Shown: in pieces, positions 1-11,780 of the stretch | Position numbering within the stretch: the stretch's first letter is position 1 | Layout: each line of letters begins with the position of its first letter | From: a cyanobacterium endosymbiont of Rhopalodia gibba | GTDB lineage: Bacteria > Cyanobacteriota > Cyanobacteriia > Cyanobacteriales > Microcystaceae | Direction of reading: 5' to 3' | DNA length: 64,000 nucleotides | Assembly: GCA_045159875.1 (NCBI GenBank) | Contig: CP067995.1 | Span: 1,120,001-1,184,000 of the forward strand | The notes under the pieces: generated by a model | What the model was told of the DNA's origin: nothing | Seen by the model: only the letters and a program-made list of their open reading frames with translations | Database searches by the model: none | Made by a program: the position numbers and the translations under genes

Positions 1-467
1 TCTCGGTCAATTTTAGGCAAACGACTTAAATGCCAGTCTACAAGGACGGACTCAAGTTGCTCGTCGATCTCGAGTCGGCGGCGATAAACAGTCTCGAGCA
101 ACTCCAATGTATACTCTCGCACCTCGTGTTGACTCGAGAGTTGAATCATTTCGGGTAGTTCAATTGCATAAACTAAGCGGTTAATAGCTCCTTGAGCTAG
201 TTTAATGGCTTCGGACACCATTGCTTTTGCACTTTGAACATCAGCGGCTCGAGTTTCACTTTTTAGCAATTGTTCATGACTACGTGTTACCTCTGCTGCA
301 GCGGTTTCTAAAATATCTTGTCCTTCAGTGGTTAAAGTGCGAATTGCCACTAAGACTAAATTACTCAACTCTTTTTGTTCAAGTTTTTCGGAACTTCCCT
401 TAATTTGACTGAGACTCAACAGGGCCAATTCACGGGAGATTCTGCGAGGTTTCTGGTTAAAATGCAT
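1..467 (-). CDS. nusB: Transcription antitermination factor NusB (5' part; runs off the window start)
   Basis: Hand translation from ATG at 467 gives [21 protein letters not shown], the cyanobacterial NusB N-terminus. It follows the DUF502 gene as is usual in cyanobacteria. Confidence 0.88.
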   Translation of the reverse strand, partial: MHFNQKPRRISRELALLSLSQIKGSSEKLEQKELSNLVLVAIRTLTTEGQDILETAAAEVTRSHEQLLKSETRAADVQSAKAMVSEAIKLAQGAINRLVYAIELPEMIQLSSQHEVREYTLELLETVYRRRLEIDEQLESVLVDWHLSRLPKIDR

Positions 468-628
468 AGTACGATGATATCAGAAGTCAAAAGTGGGAGA
501 ACAAGAAAAATTCCAAAGTAGATTGTACTATTGCACTTACATCAATGGGCAATAGGCTCCTACTCAGGAATTTATAAGGTTATGACGAACTATGAACCAT
601 TAACCGCATAGTTTATGATGCCCATTCA

Positions 629-1369
629 TTAGGTTTCGTCTTCCGTCGAAACGGTATGAGCAGGTTCTTGAATGATGGGGTTTTCTAATGAAACTAACTT
701 TTGATCATGAGATTGAGATAAAGTAACTGAAACCGATGCTGTAGCGTGAGGGCTGACTATACCACCAGAAATCAGCACTTTAAAAGCATCTTCAATGGAA
801 ATGGATAAGTTGACCACATCATTTTCAGAAACAATAGCATACCATCCAGACGTAGGGTTAGGAGTTGTCGGAATAAAAACACTAAGCATTGGCTCACTAA
901 GATGGGATTGCAATTGAGCACTCAACGCTCCAGTGACAAAACCAAGACTCCATACCCCTTGACGAGGGTACTCGATCATAACGACGCGGCGAAACTTACT
1001 TTTAGAATCCTTAAATAGGGTTTCTAGAATTTGTTGAAGGGTTTTATAAACAGCTCCAGCCAAGGGAATTGATTGTAAAATTCGTTCTCCTACGTCCAAC
1101 AACCAACGGCCTGCAATATTGCGGGCCATTAAGCCAATAATCAAAATACACAGCAGAGGAACGGCTAATCCCACGAGCAAATTAAGACAGTAGCTCAAAA
1201 TTGGATCAAGTCCGTCAAAAGGATTAAGCTGCTTAGGAATTTGCGTCAGCAAATTAACTACCCAGCTAGCAATAGTAGTAGTTAGCCAAATGGTTGTTGC
1301 TAGAGGAATCACCACTAACAAACCGGCAATTAGATCATTTTTTATATCCTGCTTGAAGCGTTGAAGCAC
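629..1369 (-). CDS. DUF502 family membrane protein
   Basis: KNDLIAGLLVVIPLATT start; IEYPRQG and FIPTTPNPTSG motifs. Confidence 0.9.
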   Translation of the reverse strand: MLQRFKQDIKNDLIAGLLVVIPLATTIWLTTTIASWVVNLLTQIPKQLNPFDGLDPILSYCLNLLVGLAVPLLCILIIGLMARNIAGRWLLDVGERILQSIPLAGAVYKTLQQILETLFKDSKSKFRRVVMIEYPRQGVWSLGFVTGALSAQLQSHLSEPMLSVFIPTTPNPTSGWYAIVSENDVVNLSISIEDAFKVLISGGIVSPHATASVSVTLSQSHDQKLVSLENPIIQEPAHTVSTEDET

Positions 1370-1569
1370 GTCTGCAAATTCTTCAATAAGAAGGTAATCA
1401 ATCCCACTTATCGTACCATAGTTTGTTCAGAGTTTAGGGGACATCAATCTAACCAATCGTGCTGAGTCTAGTCATCGTAGTCCTTTTAGGAATTGCCAAA
1501 AAAATATTTGAGTCGGAATGGCAAAAATATTATTAGAAATTTAGCTATGATAGGTTTTCTTCTTAAAAT

Positions 1570-2367
1570 TTAAGAAGTTTTTTTCCCCATCACAACTTTC
1601 AATCCAATCCAGCCAACAGTACTATAAACAATGGCTAACATCAAACTACTTAACCCGATACGTAAACTTTGCTGAAGAGCTTGAGTTTTGGCTTTATTTT
1701 CGGCCTGTCTGCGTCGATCAACTAACTGCTCTTCTAACTGTTCAGTCAACTCGTCAATGCGATTTTTGTATTCTGTTGGATTTTTGGATAAATCCTCTAA
1801 TTGTTTGAGTTGGGTACGTTGTTGTTGTAATTGTTCTAGCTGTTGGGCATTGATGGATTGTCCTTGAACTTGTCCTGACTCAACTACTTGATTTAACTGT
1901 TGAATCTGTTGGCTAAGACGTTGGGGATTTTTAGATAGTTGATCTATTTGACTTAAAAAGGCTTGAATTTGCTCAGCTCCCTGTCCAGCTCCTTGCTCAA
2001 TTTGATTAAGGGCATTAACTTTGGCTTGGTTAAGATTATTCAAATGAAGTGGAACAATTAACAAAAACATAAGCCCCATGATGGTGGACAGGACATAAAT
2101 AGGGACTCGTAGATCGAATTCAGAGGATTTATGAGGATTAGCATCGTTTAAGTTTTCGATAAAATATCCTACCAAAATCAACCCTATCCCCACTAAGGGA
2201 ACGATTCCACGATCAACAATACTTGTAAACAATCCAATTTGCCATTGAGAACTTTGCAAGTTTAAAGGAATAGCTAGGGTAATATAGTCCAACAAGGAAG
2301 ACAGGAGCAAAACCACTCCGATGAGTTTAAGCGAAAGAGAGGTAAAGGTACGGTTATTCATCGTCAT
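1570..2367 (-). CDS. HpsJ-like membrane protein with Gln-rich coiled coil
   Basis: WQIGLFTSIVDRGIVPLVG motif, three N-terminal TM segments, Q-rich linker and a C-terminal TM. Confidence 0.72.
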   Translation of the reverse strand: MTMNNRTFTSLSLKLIGVVLLLSSLLDYITLAIPLNLQSSQWQIGLFTSIVDRGIVPLVGIGLILVGYFIENLNDANPHKSSEFDLRVPIYVLSTIMGLMFLLIVPLHLNNLNQAKVNALNQIEQGAGQGAEQIQAFLSQIDQLSKNPQRLSQQIQQLNQVVESGQVQGQSINAQQLEQLQQQRTQLKQLEDLSKNPTEYKNRIDELTEQLEEQLVDRRRQAENKAKTQALQQSLRIGLSSLMLAIVYSTVGWIGLKVVMGKKTS

Positions 2368-2851
2368 TTTATCTGTTTGGCTATTGATTTATTTCAGTGG
2401 GGATTTATAAAAGAGGTTAAGCCATATCTGACAATAATAAAGTTCACCATCATTAAGAGGTAATTTAAACACTGAAAATAGCTACGGGATTATACTCCTT
2501 TTTGTAAACTCTATTCCCCAACAATGGATGTTTTTGGGGAATAGACAAGTAAACCATTCTCCTAACCACCCTGTTAAAACATCAGGTATAAATTTGTCAG
2601 GATAACAATCACTGTCAATATGATAGTATTTTTAGTGGTCCAATTGGTTTGTGCCAAAACAGCTAATAACTGAGAACAGCTTTAAAATTTGAAGAAATTT
2701 ATTCTTCTCAGTTATTTTAGGTTGACACTGCGTCTTGGTGAAATCCCATCAAAAAATTATAGATTCGGTGTCTCCTTCTACCTTCTATCTAAAAGCCTTG
2801 CTGAGAAAAAGTCTACATAGGTCATGGTTGAACACGATTTAATTAAAAGCA

Positions 2852-3574
2852 ATGAAAAAATTGATTGAAGTCTTACCAAATAAAACTGCTCTCATTGAGC
2901 GAGCGCTGTCTCTGACGGTAGAAAAAATAACCAGTGCCATTCAAAACAAAGACAAATGTAGCCTCGCTCTATCTGGGGGCAGCACTCCTAAACCATTGTA
3001 TGAAGCCTTAGCTAAGCAATCTTTACCCTGGGACAAAATACATATTTTCTGGGGAGACGAACGTTATGTGAGTTGTGATCATTCAGACAGTAATCAACGG
3101 ATGGCACGTCAAACTTGGCTCAATCTAGTCCCTATTCCAGCAGAAAATATCCATCCCATGCCCACAGAGTCGGGTGATCCCTTCGTTGATGCCCAAACCC
3201 ACGAAACTGAATTAAGAGAGTTTTTTCGGGTTGTCCCAGGAGAGTTTCCCGCTTTAGATGTTGTATTACTTGGTATGGGGGATGATGGTCATACGGCTTC
3301 CTTGTTTCCTCAAACAGCGGCCCTCGATGTTCGTGAGCGCTTAATTACTGTGGGTAACAAAGATGGACAACCTCGCCTAACTTTTACTATCCCTTTGATT
3401 AACAAAGCTCATTGTGTGATTTTTATTGTGTCTGGCGAGAATAAACGTCCGGCTTTAGCTCAGATTATGGCTCCTGAAGCCGATGAAAAGACTTATCCCT
3501 CCCGTTTTATTAAACCCCAAGGCGAACTCTGGTGGTTACTCGATCAGGCAGCCGGGGCTGAACTCAAAAGTTAA
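2852..3574 (+). CDS. pgl: 6-phosphogluconolactonase
   Basis: LSGGSTP, FWGDERYV and LLGMGDDGHTASLFP motifs. Confidence 0.97.
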   Translation: MKKLIEVLPNKTALIERALSLTVEKITSAIQNKDKCSLALSGGSTPKPLYEALAKQSLPWDKIHIFWGDERYVSCDHSDSNQRMARQTWLNLVPIPAENIHPMPTESGDPFVDAQTHETELREFFRVVPGEFPALDVVLLGMGDDGHTASLFPQTAALDVRERLITVGNKDGQPRLTFTIPLINKAHCVIFIVSGENKRPALAQIMAPEADEKTYPSRFIKPQGELWWLLDQAAGAELKS

Positions 3575-3968
3575 CAGAAAAAGTCATTTGGGTGCCGACA
3601 AGCTATTTTTGATTAGGTCTGAGGGTAAGCAGGGTAAAAATCATGAGTGTTCTGTTATTTTCTTTTCACCATAGAGGTTATGTAATCTACATTTAAGGAA
3701 CTATAGATTATAGTCTGTATTTAACTATTAGTTCTCATCCCTCTGGAAACTCTTATTGTAGATGATCTATCGGCGAGCTCACGGACAAAGAAAAATGGCA
3801 AATCTCTTTATTTAGGAATCTCTATGTATCTTGATTCCTCTTGGTTTTGTCCTCTAATTGTAATATTGATCATTCTTGTTCATGCTCAAGGTCTTATAAA
3901 CTAAGCGTTGGCGAGTAATATCCCTCGACTAGGGGGGTTAACTTAGATAATTAATTGTTTTATTACTG

Positions 3969-4008
3969 CCTAGTTCAGCCCTACTTAATGAAGTAAGGCT
4001 GAACTAGG
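3969..4008. repeat. Inverted repeat, 18-bp arms with one mismatch and a 4-nt loop
   Basis: cctagttcagccctactt-aatg-aagtaaggctgaactagg. Confidence 0.85.
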
Positions 4009-4850
4009 AAACGACCAATAATCGCTTAAGAGGAAGTGTTTGGCTACTGCTAGCGGTAAATTTATTGGTTGATTGGAGATCTCTGCAAGGATCTTTTTTA
4101 TTCTGGTAACTAACACATTAAGTCCGGTATAGATCGCTTCTAGAGTAGCTGTAACAAAGTCATAAAAAGTAAGAATAAAGTTTTTAGAAGTGATTGATAG
4201 TCAATTTATCATACTCTACTCTAGAAGAACCCAGATTATTAAGATTGGGGGCTATAATTTCCTAAAATTATTGCATTTGATGCATGAGAGGAAAATTTAT
4301 TTCAGTGAATGGAAGCTTGAGATGTTGATCAAGCAATTGAATTCGACTGTTATTAGTATGAATATTCAAGTCATAGAAAAGACTGGGGACAAATATAAAT
4401 TTTAAGAAAGGCAAGGCTAACTGTTACTTACGATTAATTCAAAACATTATCTTCTAAATTCTATATTTAATTTTAAATTTATTTAAGTAATTTTTTTAAA
4501 TGAAGAAGCTCAACCGAACATCCCAGGTTGCTCTGAAATCAGTTTATCTATAAAAAATGATTTGCTGACTATATTTTACAATCTCTGTCGATACTCCCCA
4601 TATTTCCTCAACTTCCAATACAATAAAAAAGGACCGATATCAAACATCGGTTCACAACAACTAAACACAGTCATCTGTTGTACTGTAAGAACTATCAGAA
4701 TTTGCGCCTCAGGGAGTATCTCCCCTAGGAGCGGCTATTGTTCAATGGTACTTCGAGGATGACATCAGTTCGGTTTCGAACTGAGCCAAAAGACCTCACG
4801 CGACAGTGATGAGGTTGTTCGCATCGTTATCTCCCAATTATCAATCGGTT

Positions 4851-5870
4851 ATGATCCCTGCTATTGTTATTGAGTCCCTAAAAAAAAATTATGGTACTCT
4901 TGAGGCGATTAAAGACATCTCCTTTGAAGTGCAACCGGGGGAGATTTTCGGCTTATTAGGTCCTAATGGAGCGGGAAAAACCACTACCATTCGCTGTTTA
5001 TGTACTTTAGCTAAACCTGATAGAGGTAAAATTGAAGTAGCGGGAATTTCCGTTCTTGAGCGCCCCAAAGCAGTCCGTCGCCGTTTAGGATATGTAGCCC
5101 AGGAAGTAGCCTTGGATCAAGTATTAACGGGACGAGAACTATTAGGACTGCAAGCTGCCCTTTATCATCTTCCCCAAAAGAAAGCCAAAAATCGTATTGC
5201 TGAATTAATCAGCTTGCTGGACTTAGAAAACTACGCTGATAACCAAACTAGAACTTATTCAGGGGGTATCCGTAAACGCCTAGATTTAGCGGCTGGGTTG
5301 CTTCATCGACCAGAGGTATTGGTACTAGATGAACCAACTGTAGGGCTAGATATAGAAAGTCGATTGATTGTTTGGGAATTCTTACGGAAATTACAACAAG
5401 CCGGCACAACTGTCTTAATTACTAGCCATTACCTTGAAGAGATTGATACCCTAGCTAATCGCTTAGCCATTATAGATCAAGGACAAGTTGTTGCTGAGGG
5501 AACTCCTTCTCAGTTGAAAAATCGAGTGGGCGGTGATCGCGTTACCCTGAAAATCAGGGAATTTTCTCCAGCCGAAGAGGCCCAACAAGCTAAAACTTTA
5601 CTTCAAGATTTACCATTTGTTGAAGAGGTGATAATTAATCACTGCCAAGGCAACTCTCTTAACCTTGTGGTGACCATAGGGAGTAATTGTTTAAGTCAAA
5701 TTGAACAATCTTTAATAAAGTCAGGGCTACCCATTTTTAGTTTAGCTCAATCTCGTCCTAGTCTTGATGATGTCTACTTAGCAGCCACTGGTCAAACTTT
5801 GATGGATGCCGAATTGGAGTCCGCCAGTATTCGAGATCTGAAGGCTGAGAAAAAACAACAAATGAAATGA
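4851..5870 (+). CDS. ABC transporter ATP-binding protein (DrrA-like)
   Basis: Walker A GPNGAGKT, YSGG signature, Walker B VLVLDEPT. ATG at 4851 preferred over the upstream GTG. Confidence 0.93.
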   Translation: MIPAIVIESLKKNYGTLEAIKDISFEVQPGEIFGLLGPNGAGKTTTIRCLCTLAKPDRGKIEVAGISVLERPKAVRRRLGYVAQEVALDQVLTGRELLGLQAALYHLPQKKAKNRIAELISLLDLENYADNQTRTYSGGIRKRLDLAAGLLHRPEVLVLDEPTVGLDIESRLIVWEFLRKLQQAGTTVLITSHYLEEIDTLANRLAIIDQGQVVAEGTPSQLKNRVGGDRVTLKIREFSPAEEAQQAKTLLQDLPFVEEVIINHCQGNSLNLVVTIGSNCLSQIEQSLIKSGLPIFSLAQSRPSLDDVYLAATGQTLMDAELESASIRDLKAEKKQQMK

Positions 5871-6043
5871 AATGAAGTGATTCTACTCTTAAGAGTAGAC
5901 ATTACTCACCTTGGATTTAAGTTCTACTTACTTATTAAGACAGGCAATAGACAAGAGAAAAATGAGTGAATTCGGTTTCTAGGTACAAATTGTATGTCAG
6001 CATGTCAATTTTTAGATATTGCGATTCAGTGAGGAATAACCAC

Positions 6044-6940
6044 ATGAGTCAAACTATGACCCCTTCTAAGGTAAAGTCTGCTTTATCTCCGAAAAAACAA
6101 AAAACAACTCCTATAGATGAAGACGAAAATATTTTCGGTGAATTTATTCAAGAAACCTTTGCCATGACAAAGCGTCTTTTTATTCAACTGCAACGTCGTC
6201 CATCAACCTTAATTGCTGGGATTATTCAACCGCTTATGTGGTTAGTTTTGTTCGGCGCACTATTTTACAATGCTCCTCAAGGGTTATTTGGAGAAGAGCT
6301 TAATTATGCTAAGTTTCTTGCTCCTGGTATTATAGTTTTTACGGCTTTTTCAGGCGCATTAAATGCGGGTTTGCCCGTGATGTTTGACAGAGAATTTGGG
6401 TTTCTCAATCGTTTACTAGTTGCCCCATTGGCTTCTCGTTATTCGATTGTGGCCGCTTCTACCATATATATAATAATCTTGAGTTTAATCCAGACAGCAG
6501 TTATTGTGGGAGCTAGTGCTATTCTAGGAGCTAGTTTGCCAAGCTTAATTGGATTAGGTACAATTTCCCTAGTTGTTTTTTCTATCGTCTTAGGAGTGAC
6601 GGGATTAAGCCTGGGACTGGCTTTTGCTTTACCAGGTCATATTGAATTGATCGCAGTAATTTTCGTGACAAATTTACCTTTATTATTTGCAAGTACCGCT
6701 TTGGCTCCTTTATCATTCATGGCAAAATGGTTACAGATTATCGTCAGTTTGAATCCTCTTACCTATGCTATTGAAGCGATTCGTTATATTTACCTCAATG
6801 AAAATTGGTCTTTGAAGAGTTTAGTCCTACAAACTCCTTGGGCGAACCTAAGTTTTGGATTGGTTTTATTTCTATTGTTAGTCTTCAATGCGTTAATATT
6901 AGTAGCCATTCAACCTTTGTTGCGTCGCCGTTTTGCTTAG
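6044..6940 (+). CDS. ABC-2 type transporter permease
   Basis: Multi-TM protein with FDREFGFLNRLLVAP and NPLTYAIEAIR. GAGG precedes the ATG at 6044. Confidence 0.92.
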   Translation: MSQTMTPSKVKSALSPKKQKTTPIDEDENIFGEFIQETFAMTKRLFIQLQRRPSTLIAGIIQPLMWLVLFGALFYNAPQGLFGEELNYAKFLAPGIIVFTAFSGALNAGLPVMFDREFGFLNRLLVAPLASRYSIVAASTIYIIILSLIQTAVIVGASAILGASLPSLIGLGTISLVVFSIVLGVTGLSLGLAFALPGHIELIAVIFVTNLPLLFASTALAPLSFMAKWLQIIVSLNPLTYAIEAIRYIYLNENWSLKSLVLQTPWANLSFGLVLFLLLVFNALILVAIQPLLRRRFA

Positions 6941-6994
6941 GGTAGTTTTAATTTAAAATGTTTAATGTTTGATTGTATGTAGCAGTGAGTCTTA

Positions 6995-7327
6995 ATGATT
7001 TCTATTAACGTGCCTTTGAGACAATTATTTTGTATTCTGATTGGTTTGGGAACAGTAAGCGGAATTCCTCAGATAATGTTAGCCCAGTCTGTTGATGTTA
7101 TTAATGAGGAAAATGGTTATCAAAATAATGAACAAGAGCCTACTGGGGAACTTGGTAACATTTTTAACCCAATGGATCTAATGCACCGTTCTAATTTACA
7201 GCGAAGTCGTAACGCCGGTGACTTTGCTGAGGATACGAATAATAATCTCAATAAAGCAGCTCAGGAATTTAAGCTAATCCAACAACGAAGATTACAACAA
7301 GAATCTTCTGAGCCTATTCCTAATTAG
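6995..7327 (+). CDS. Hypothetical exported protein (cyanobacterial)
   Basis: Signal-peptide-like N-terminus and FNPMDLMHRSNL segment; co-oriented with the ABC genes. Confidence 0.65.
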   Translation: MISINVPLRQLFCILIGLGTVSGIPQIMLAQSVDVINEENGYQNNEQEPTGELGNIFNPMDLMHRSNLQRSRNAGDFAEDTNNNLNKAAQEFKLIQQRRLQQESSEPIPN

Positions 7328-7814
7328 ACCAGTAGTTTACTCTAGCTCTTCTAGACTACCTGTGACAAAACCGTAATAAATAGAAGTTGAAAGTCTTGTT
7401 TTCCAGATTTTCCAAAACTCCAGAAAATTGATCTTGCATAAAGATAAGATTTTTGGAGTTATAGAATACAGTTGTAATAAAATTTTGGAAATTAGTAGCT
7501 AATATCAATAGCTACTAATTTATCATGTTCGGTCTAGGAGAGCCTTAACTCGATTCTACTAAACCCGTCATGTAAAATTTTAATATTAATGTTCTGAAAA
7601 TCTTGATTTAGAAATTGCTCAAATTTTCAAAAGTTTGCTGGTTGTTAAGAGTTTGCTAATCTTCTTAAGATTGGTTCAATATAAAAAGAGGTTAGTTTAA
7701 AGTTTAAGCTTATAACCAATGTTTTAATACTAATTAGGCAGTATCATAAAACATCCACACCTATAAAATTTTATAAAAAACACCTCCATTGTAGATGGTG
7801 ATCTTTTTCGTATT

Positions 7815-8170
7815 AACGTGAGTTCGACGAGATTTAAAAATACGGTTATTATTCTCAATATCTAATATTAAAATACGACAAGACTGACAATTATCTAAGA
7901 TAGTCATAGTAACTGCTAACAACACTAAGACTACAATCGTTGTTTAAAAATAGCAGAGGACAAGGTTAGTTTACGATGTGACCCTAAACCAAGAAAAAAT
8001 TTTTTAGGTAACTAGGTATAGTCCATCAGTTAAGCAAAAAGGTGAACAAAATAATTTCAAACACTGCAATTTCTCTAATATGAAATATTAGGAGATATTT
8101 TTAGGTTCGTCGTTAACCGTTTCAATCACAGAATGTTTAGGACGTAAATTTTATTACGCGGTTCGACTAA
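7815..8170 (-). mobile_element. IS982-family remnant (transposase C-terminus plus right end)
   Basis: Minus strand reads KHSVIETVNDEPKNIS*...LMDYT*LPKK (IS982 consensus IETVNDQLKN...IAYT..PKKP). End sequence aacgtgagttcgacg; homologous to 41529-41890. Confidence 0.75.
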
Positions 8171-8273
8171 CACCTACAATTTTAACGTTGACTTTAATTC
8201 TGAAAAGTCAGCTCTACCCCGTCCGATTCAGTGTTTCATCTATAAACTGTCTCTTCTAGCAAAAACCAATTAA

Positions 8274-9614
8274 TTATTCTCCAGTAATAGATAATTTATC
8301 AATCCAAACTCGCGGACAAATTCCTCCGGGAAGAACTTCGGCTTCAGGCTCAATATAGATGATTGACTTTAATACATCTTGTATATCTCCAGCTACCGTT
8401 GCCGCATCAATACTAGCTAATTCTCCCTTATTGACTAACCAACCATCAAAGGGTAGGGAAAATGAGCCCTGTAAAGAATTAACTCCCGCATGAAGCGCCT
8501 GTAAACGATCAATAAAGATAACTCCGTCTGATTCTTCTAAACTCAATTTATGGGCATATTTTTCCGAAGCAAAAACATGATAAAAATGAGAGCTAACTGT
8601 AACTTTTGAGCCGATATTTGCATGACCTGTGGGTTTTGCCTTCATTCGTTTTGCGGTTCCGGCACTGTGTAATAAACCCGACAGTACTCCATTAGTAATC
8701 AGTTCTACACGACGAGTGGGAGTTCCTTCTCCGTCAAAAGTTTCTGTTGCAACATTATCAGGATGAAGGGCATCATCACATAGGCACAAAAGAGGGGAAG
8801 CAATCTCTGTTCCTAGAGAATCTCGGGTAGAAAGACTTTGGTTATCTAAAATATTTTGAGCATTGAAGATATTAGAAAAAGCATCAATCAAACTTAAAAA
8901 TGATGTAGGAGAAAAGACAATTCGATATTTACCCGATGGAATAGATTTATAGTTTATGTGACTAATTGTCTTTTCAATCACCTCTTTTAAACAGCTATCA
9001 ATGTCTAACTCCGGTAAGTTATGACTAATTTTAACTGAACTAGCCCCTCGCGGTTTTCTACCTTCCTCCTCAGTACGACTGTAGAGGTAAATCGAAGAAT
9101 AGGACCGTTCTTCTTGGCGAAGAGCTCCCTCACTGTTAAGATAAAACCGCGCTATACTTTCTTGAGATAAGCCATTGTAGGGAACTCCGATAATGGCTTG
9201 ATGTGCTTCTAAAAGTTTTTTTTCAGCTTTGATTAAAGTACCGACAAGAGTAGGAACAGGTGCATGACTCACCAAACTATGGGATAACTCGGTAACAAGG
9301 CTTTTAGCTTCTGGACTGAACTCAGGGGCATTCTCTTCGCTACCAAATTCACTCGCTTCTCTAGCTGTTTCTAAGGCTAATTTGATGCCTTTGTCGTCTA
9401 GATCCGTGGTAGTTGTCACTCCAACTGTTTTCCTTTTATTCCACACACGAACAATAACGCTTGATCGGTTTGATGCTTGGACCTGTTTAGGTTCACCGCT
9501 ATCAACCTCGACACTAGTCTCGTCGATAGATAGACCATAAATATCATATTTGTCAATTCCCAATTCTTTCGCACTTAATTGGGTGTACTCGGCAATCTTT
9601 TTAATATTCAGCAT
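8274..9614 (-). CDS. pmbA: TldD/PmbA family protein (PmbA/TldE type)
   Basis: FDGEGTPT, LHAGVNSLQGSFSL and C-terminal LSITGE. It lacks the HExxGH motif of TldD. Confidence 0.88.
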   Translation of the reverse strand: MLNIKKIAEYTQLSAKELGIDKYDIYGLSIDETSVEVDSGEPKQVQASNRSSVIVRVWNKRKTVGVTTTTDLDDKGIKLALETAREASEFGSEENAPEFSPEAKSLVTELSHSLVSHAPVPTLVGTLIKAEKKLLEAHQAIIGVPYNGLSQESIARFYLNSEGALRQEERSYSSIYLYSRTEEEGRKPRGASSVKISHNLPELDIDSCLKEVIEKTISHINYKSIPSGKYRIVFSPTSFLSLIDAFSNIFNAQNILDNQSLSTRDSLGTEIASPLLCLCDDALHPDNVATETFDGEGTPTRRVELITNGVLSGLLHSAGTAKRMKAKPTGHANIGSKVTVSSHFYHVFASEKYAHKLSLEESDGVIFIDRLQALHAGVNSLQGSFSLPFDGWLVNKGELASIDAATVAGDIQDVLKSIIYIEPEAEVLPGGICPRVWIDKLSITGE

Positions 9615-10376
9615 ATTGAAGATAATCAAGGATTGTTAACACATTTATTAATGTATAGAGAGTTAACATACTCAACGCACGTGCAGGAAGTAGATTTTCC
9701 CGAACTTGTGTATAAGAACTACTGAATCATTTGTACTGCTTAAGTACCTCTACTCTCGTAGCAGTTAGCCATAAGCAGAAGTGTTTCTAGTCGTCTAGTT
9801 AGTTAGCCCCTCAGTTTAAGGAATGTTCTCTGCTACTGTTTACTTCCAAATTTTGGTTTATTTATTCAAGTTATCGGGAACCTCGTTGTTTTCCTCGCTG
9901 TTTTATCATATTTCCGCCACCAGAGGTTTTTAAATTTTCACTTTTTCAGACACTCTGTTTTTATAAACCACGCTGCAGTTAAGCAGATTATTTTTGCCAT
10001 GTGTGATTGTACCATAAAATCTTCCTACAATGGAGAGGTTTTAAACTAATTTTTCGGGAGATTACGCGAGCATAATAAAGAAAAGCTATTTTTATTTCTA
10101 TTTTTAGAATATTTGTAAGTATTATCAGCTTTTTTAAAACTAAAAGAGCTATTGTTCTCTACTTTACTAATCCTGGTTCAATGGCTAAAAAATCCTGATA
10201 TAGTAATTTTGTCTGTACTTGCTAATCCTGGTGTGTTGTGTATTGATAATGAATATAGTTTATGGGCTAATAAGAAAAGTTGAACTGAAACGCTAATTTA
10301 AATTTTGTCTATAAAAAAAATATAATCATCAGTTAAAATAAATATCCTTATTTTCAGCAGAGGAAAAATTGTAGAA

Positions 10377-11780
10377 ATGACCCCGAAAAACTTTAATTGC
10401 TATTCTGTAAAAATCATGATTATAGTAAGTACGTTAATTTTATTAACTTGTAGTAGCTTAAGACATATTTTGTTTCAATCTACTGCTTATGATTTAGCGA
10501 TTTTTGATAATGGTATTTATTTAATTAGTCAAGGAAAAACTCCTTTCGTTTCTTTGCGGGGTATCCATATACTAGGAGATCACGCTGCATTTATTCTTTA
10601 TGCAATTGCTGGATTATATAAGATTTACCCTAGTGTTTATTGGTTATTTGGCTTACAAGCAATTGCCCTTTCTTTGGGAGCATTACCAGTTTGGCAATTG
10701 GCAATACACGAAAATCTAACCAAAAACTTAGCCACAGTAATCGCGGCTTCTTATCTCCTTTATCCCCTAATTTTTAACCTAAACTTATTTGATTTTCACC
10801 CAGAAACATTAACACTTCCTGCTTTTTTTTGGGCATTACTAGCCGCAAAAAAAAACAATATTTTTGCGTTTAGCTTAGCACTAATTTTCATTTTAAGTTG
10901 TCGGGATGCTTTATCTTTAACTATAATAGCAATGGGCGTTTGGCTAATCTTAGGAGAGAGAAAAATAAAACTTGGGGTGATTTCTTTAGCAATAGGAATA
11001 ATCTGGTTTATTGTAGCGATTAAAGTAATTATTCCTCAATTTAGTGGAGAACAGGTAGCTGCTGTTGCTAGATATAATTTTTTAGGAGTATCTTTACAAG
11101 AGATTATTTTAAATCTTTTTTTTAAACCACAAATTGTTCTAAGTCATCTTTTTACTTTAAATAACTTAGAGTATTTGTTGTTGCTCTTATGTCCTTTAAT
11201 TTGGGGATTATTTCCTAGATATTTTTCTCCATTAATTGCTGCTTTTCCTATTTTATTCTTAAATTTACTGACTGATAATAAAGAACAAAAAGATTTATTG
11301 CACCAATATTCTCTTCCAATTTTACCATTTTTAATTCTAGTAGTAATTGCAACTATAAGCGTAGGACAAGGATGGTTACAAAGACCTAAATATATTATTT
11401 TGTGGTCATTAGTTACTTTTTTTGCACTAGCTAAAGTTGGCTATTTTACCTCTCGTTACCTTGAATCTATCGATACTTGGTCAGCAACAAGAGAAGCGTT
11501 AAATCAAGTGACAAAAGAAGGTAATGTGTTAACTTCAGCTAACATTGCCCCCCATGTTACCCATCGGACTAAAGTTGAATTAGCAATTGAGGGTTCACAA
11601 GGAATTAATCTTCAACAATTTGATGATATATTGTTAAACAAACGTCATCCAGGTTGGAATAGTTCACCAGAATTGGTTGACACTCTAATAGGAAGAATTA
11701 AACAAATTCCCGAGTTTAAATTAACCTATGAAAAAAAACAAGTTTATCTATTTGAACGTATTTCACCTCAATCAAATTGA
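10377..11780 (+). CDS. DUF2079 family membrane protein
   Basis: STAYDLAIFDN, HILGDH, FDFHPE and HQYSLPI motifs; multi-TM. Confidence 0.85.
   Translation: MTPKNFNCYSVKIMIIVSTLILLTCSSLRHILFQSTAYDLAIFDNGIYLISQGKTPFVSLRGIHILGDHAAFILYAIAGLYKIYPSVYWLFGLQAIALSLGALPVWQLAIHENLTKNLATVIAASYLLYPLIFNLNLFDFHPETLTLPAFFWALLAAKKNNIFAFSLALIFILSCRDALSLTIIAMGVWLILGERKIKLGVISLAIGIIWFIVAIKVIIPQFSGEQVAAVARYNFLGVSLQEIILNLFFKPQIVLSHLFTLNNLEYLLLLLCPLIWGLFPRYFSPLIAAFPILFLNLLTDNKEQKDLLHQYSLPILPFLILVVIATISVGQGWLQRPKYIILWSLVTFFALAKVGYFTSRYLESIDTWSATREALNQVTKEGNVLTSANIAPHVTHRTKVELAIEGSQGINLQQFDDILLNKRHPGWNSSPELVDTLIGRIKQIPEFKLTYEKKQVYLFERISPQSN

Noticed and set aside
221..403. 60-aa plus-strand ORF
   Set aside because: Antisense shadow of nusB.
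4010..4420. GT4 glycosyltransferase fossil on the minus strand (TLEAIYTGLNVLVT)
   Set aside because: Only one short motif resembles the family.
9655..9840. IscB omega-RNA or riboswitch upstream of pmbA
   Set aside because: Only loose end-like similarity, no iscB/tnpB ORF and no convincing fold. It would need a covariance-model search.
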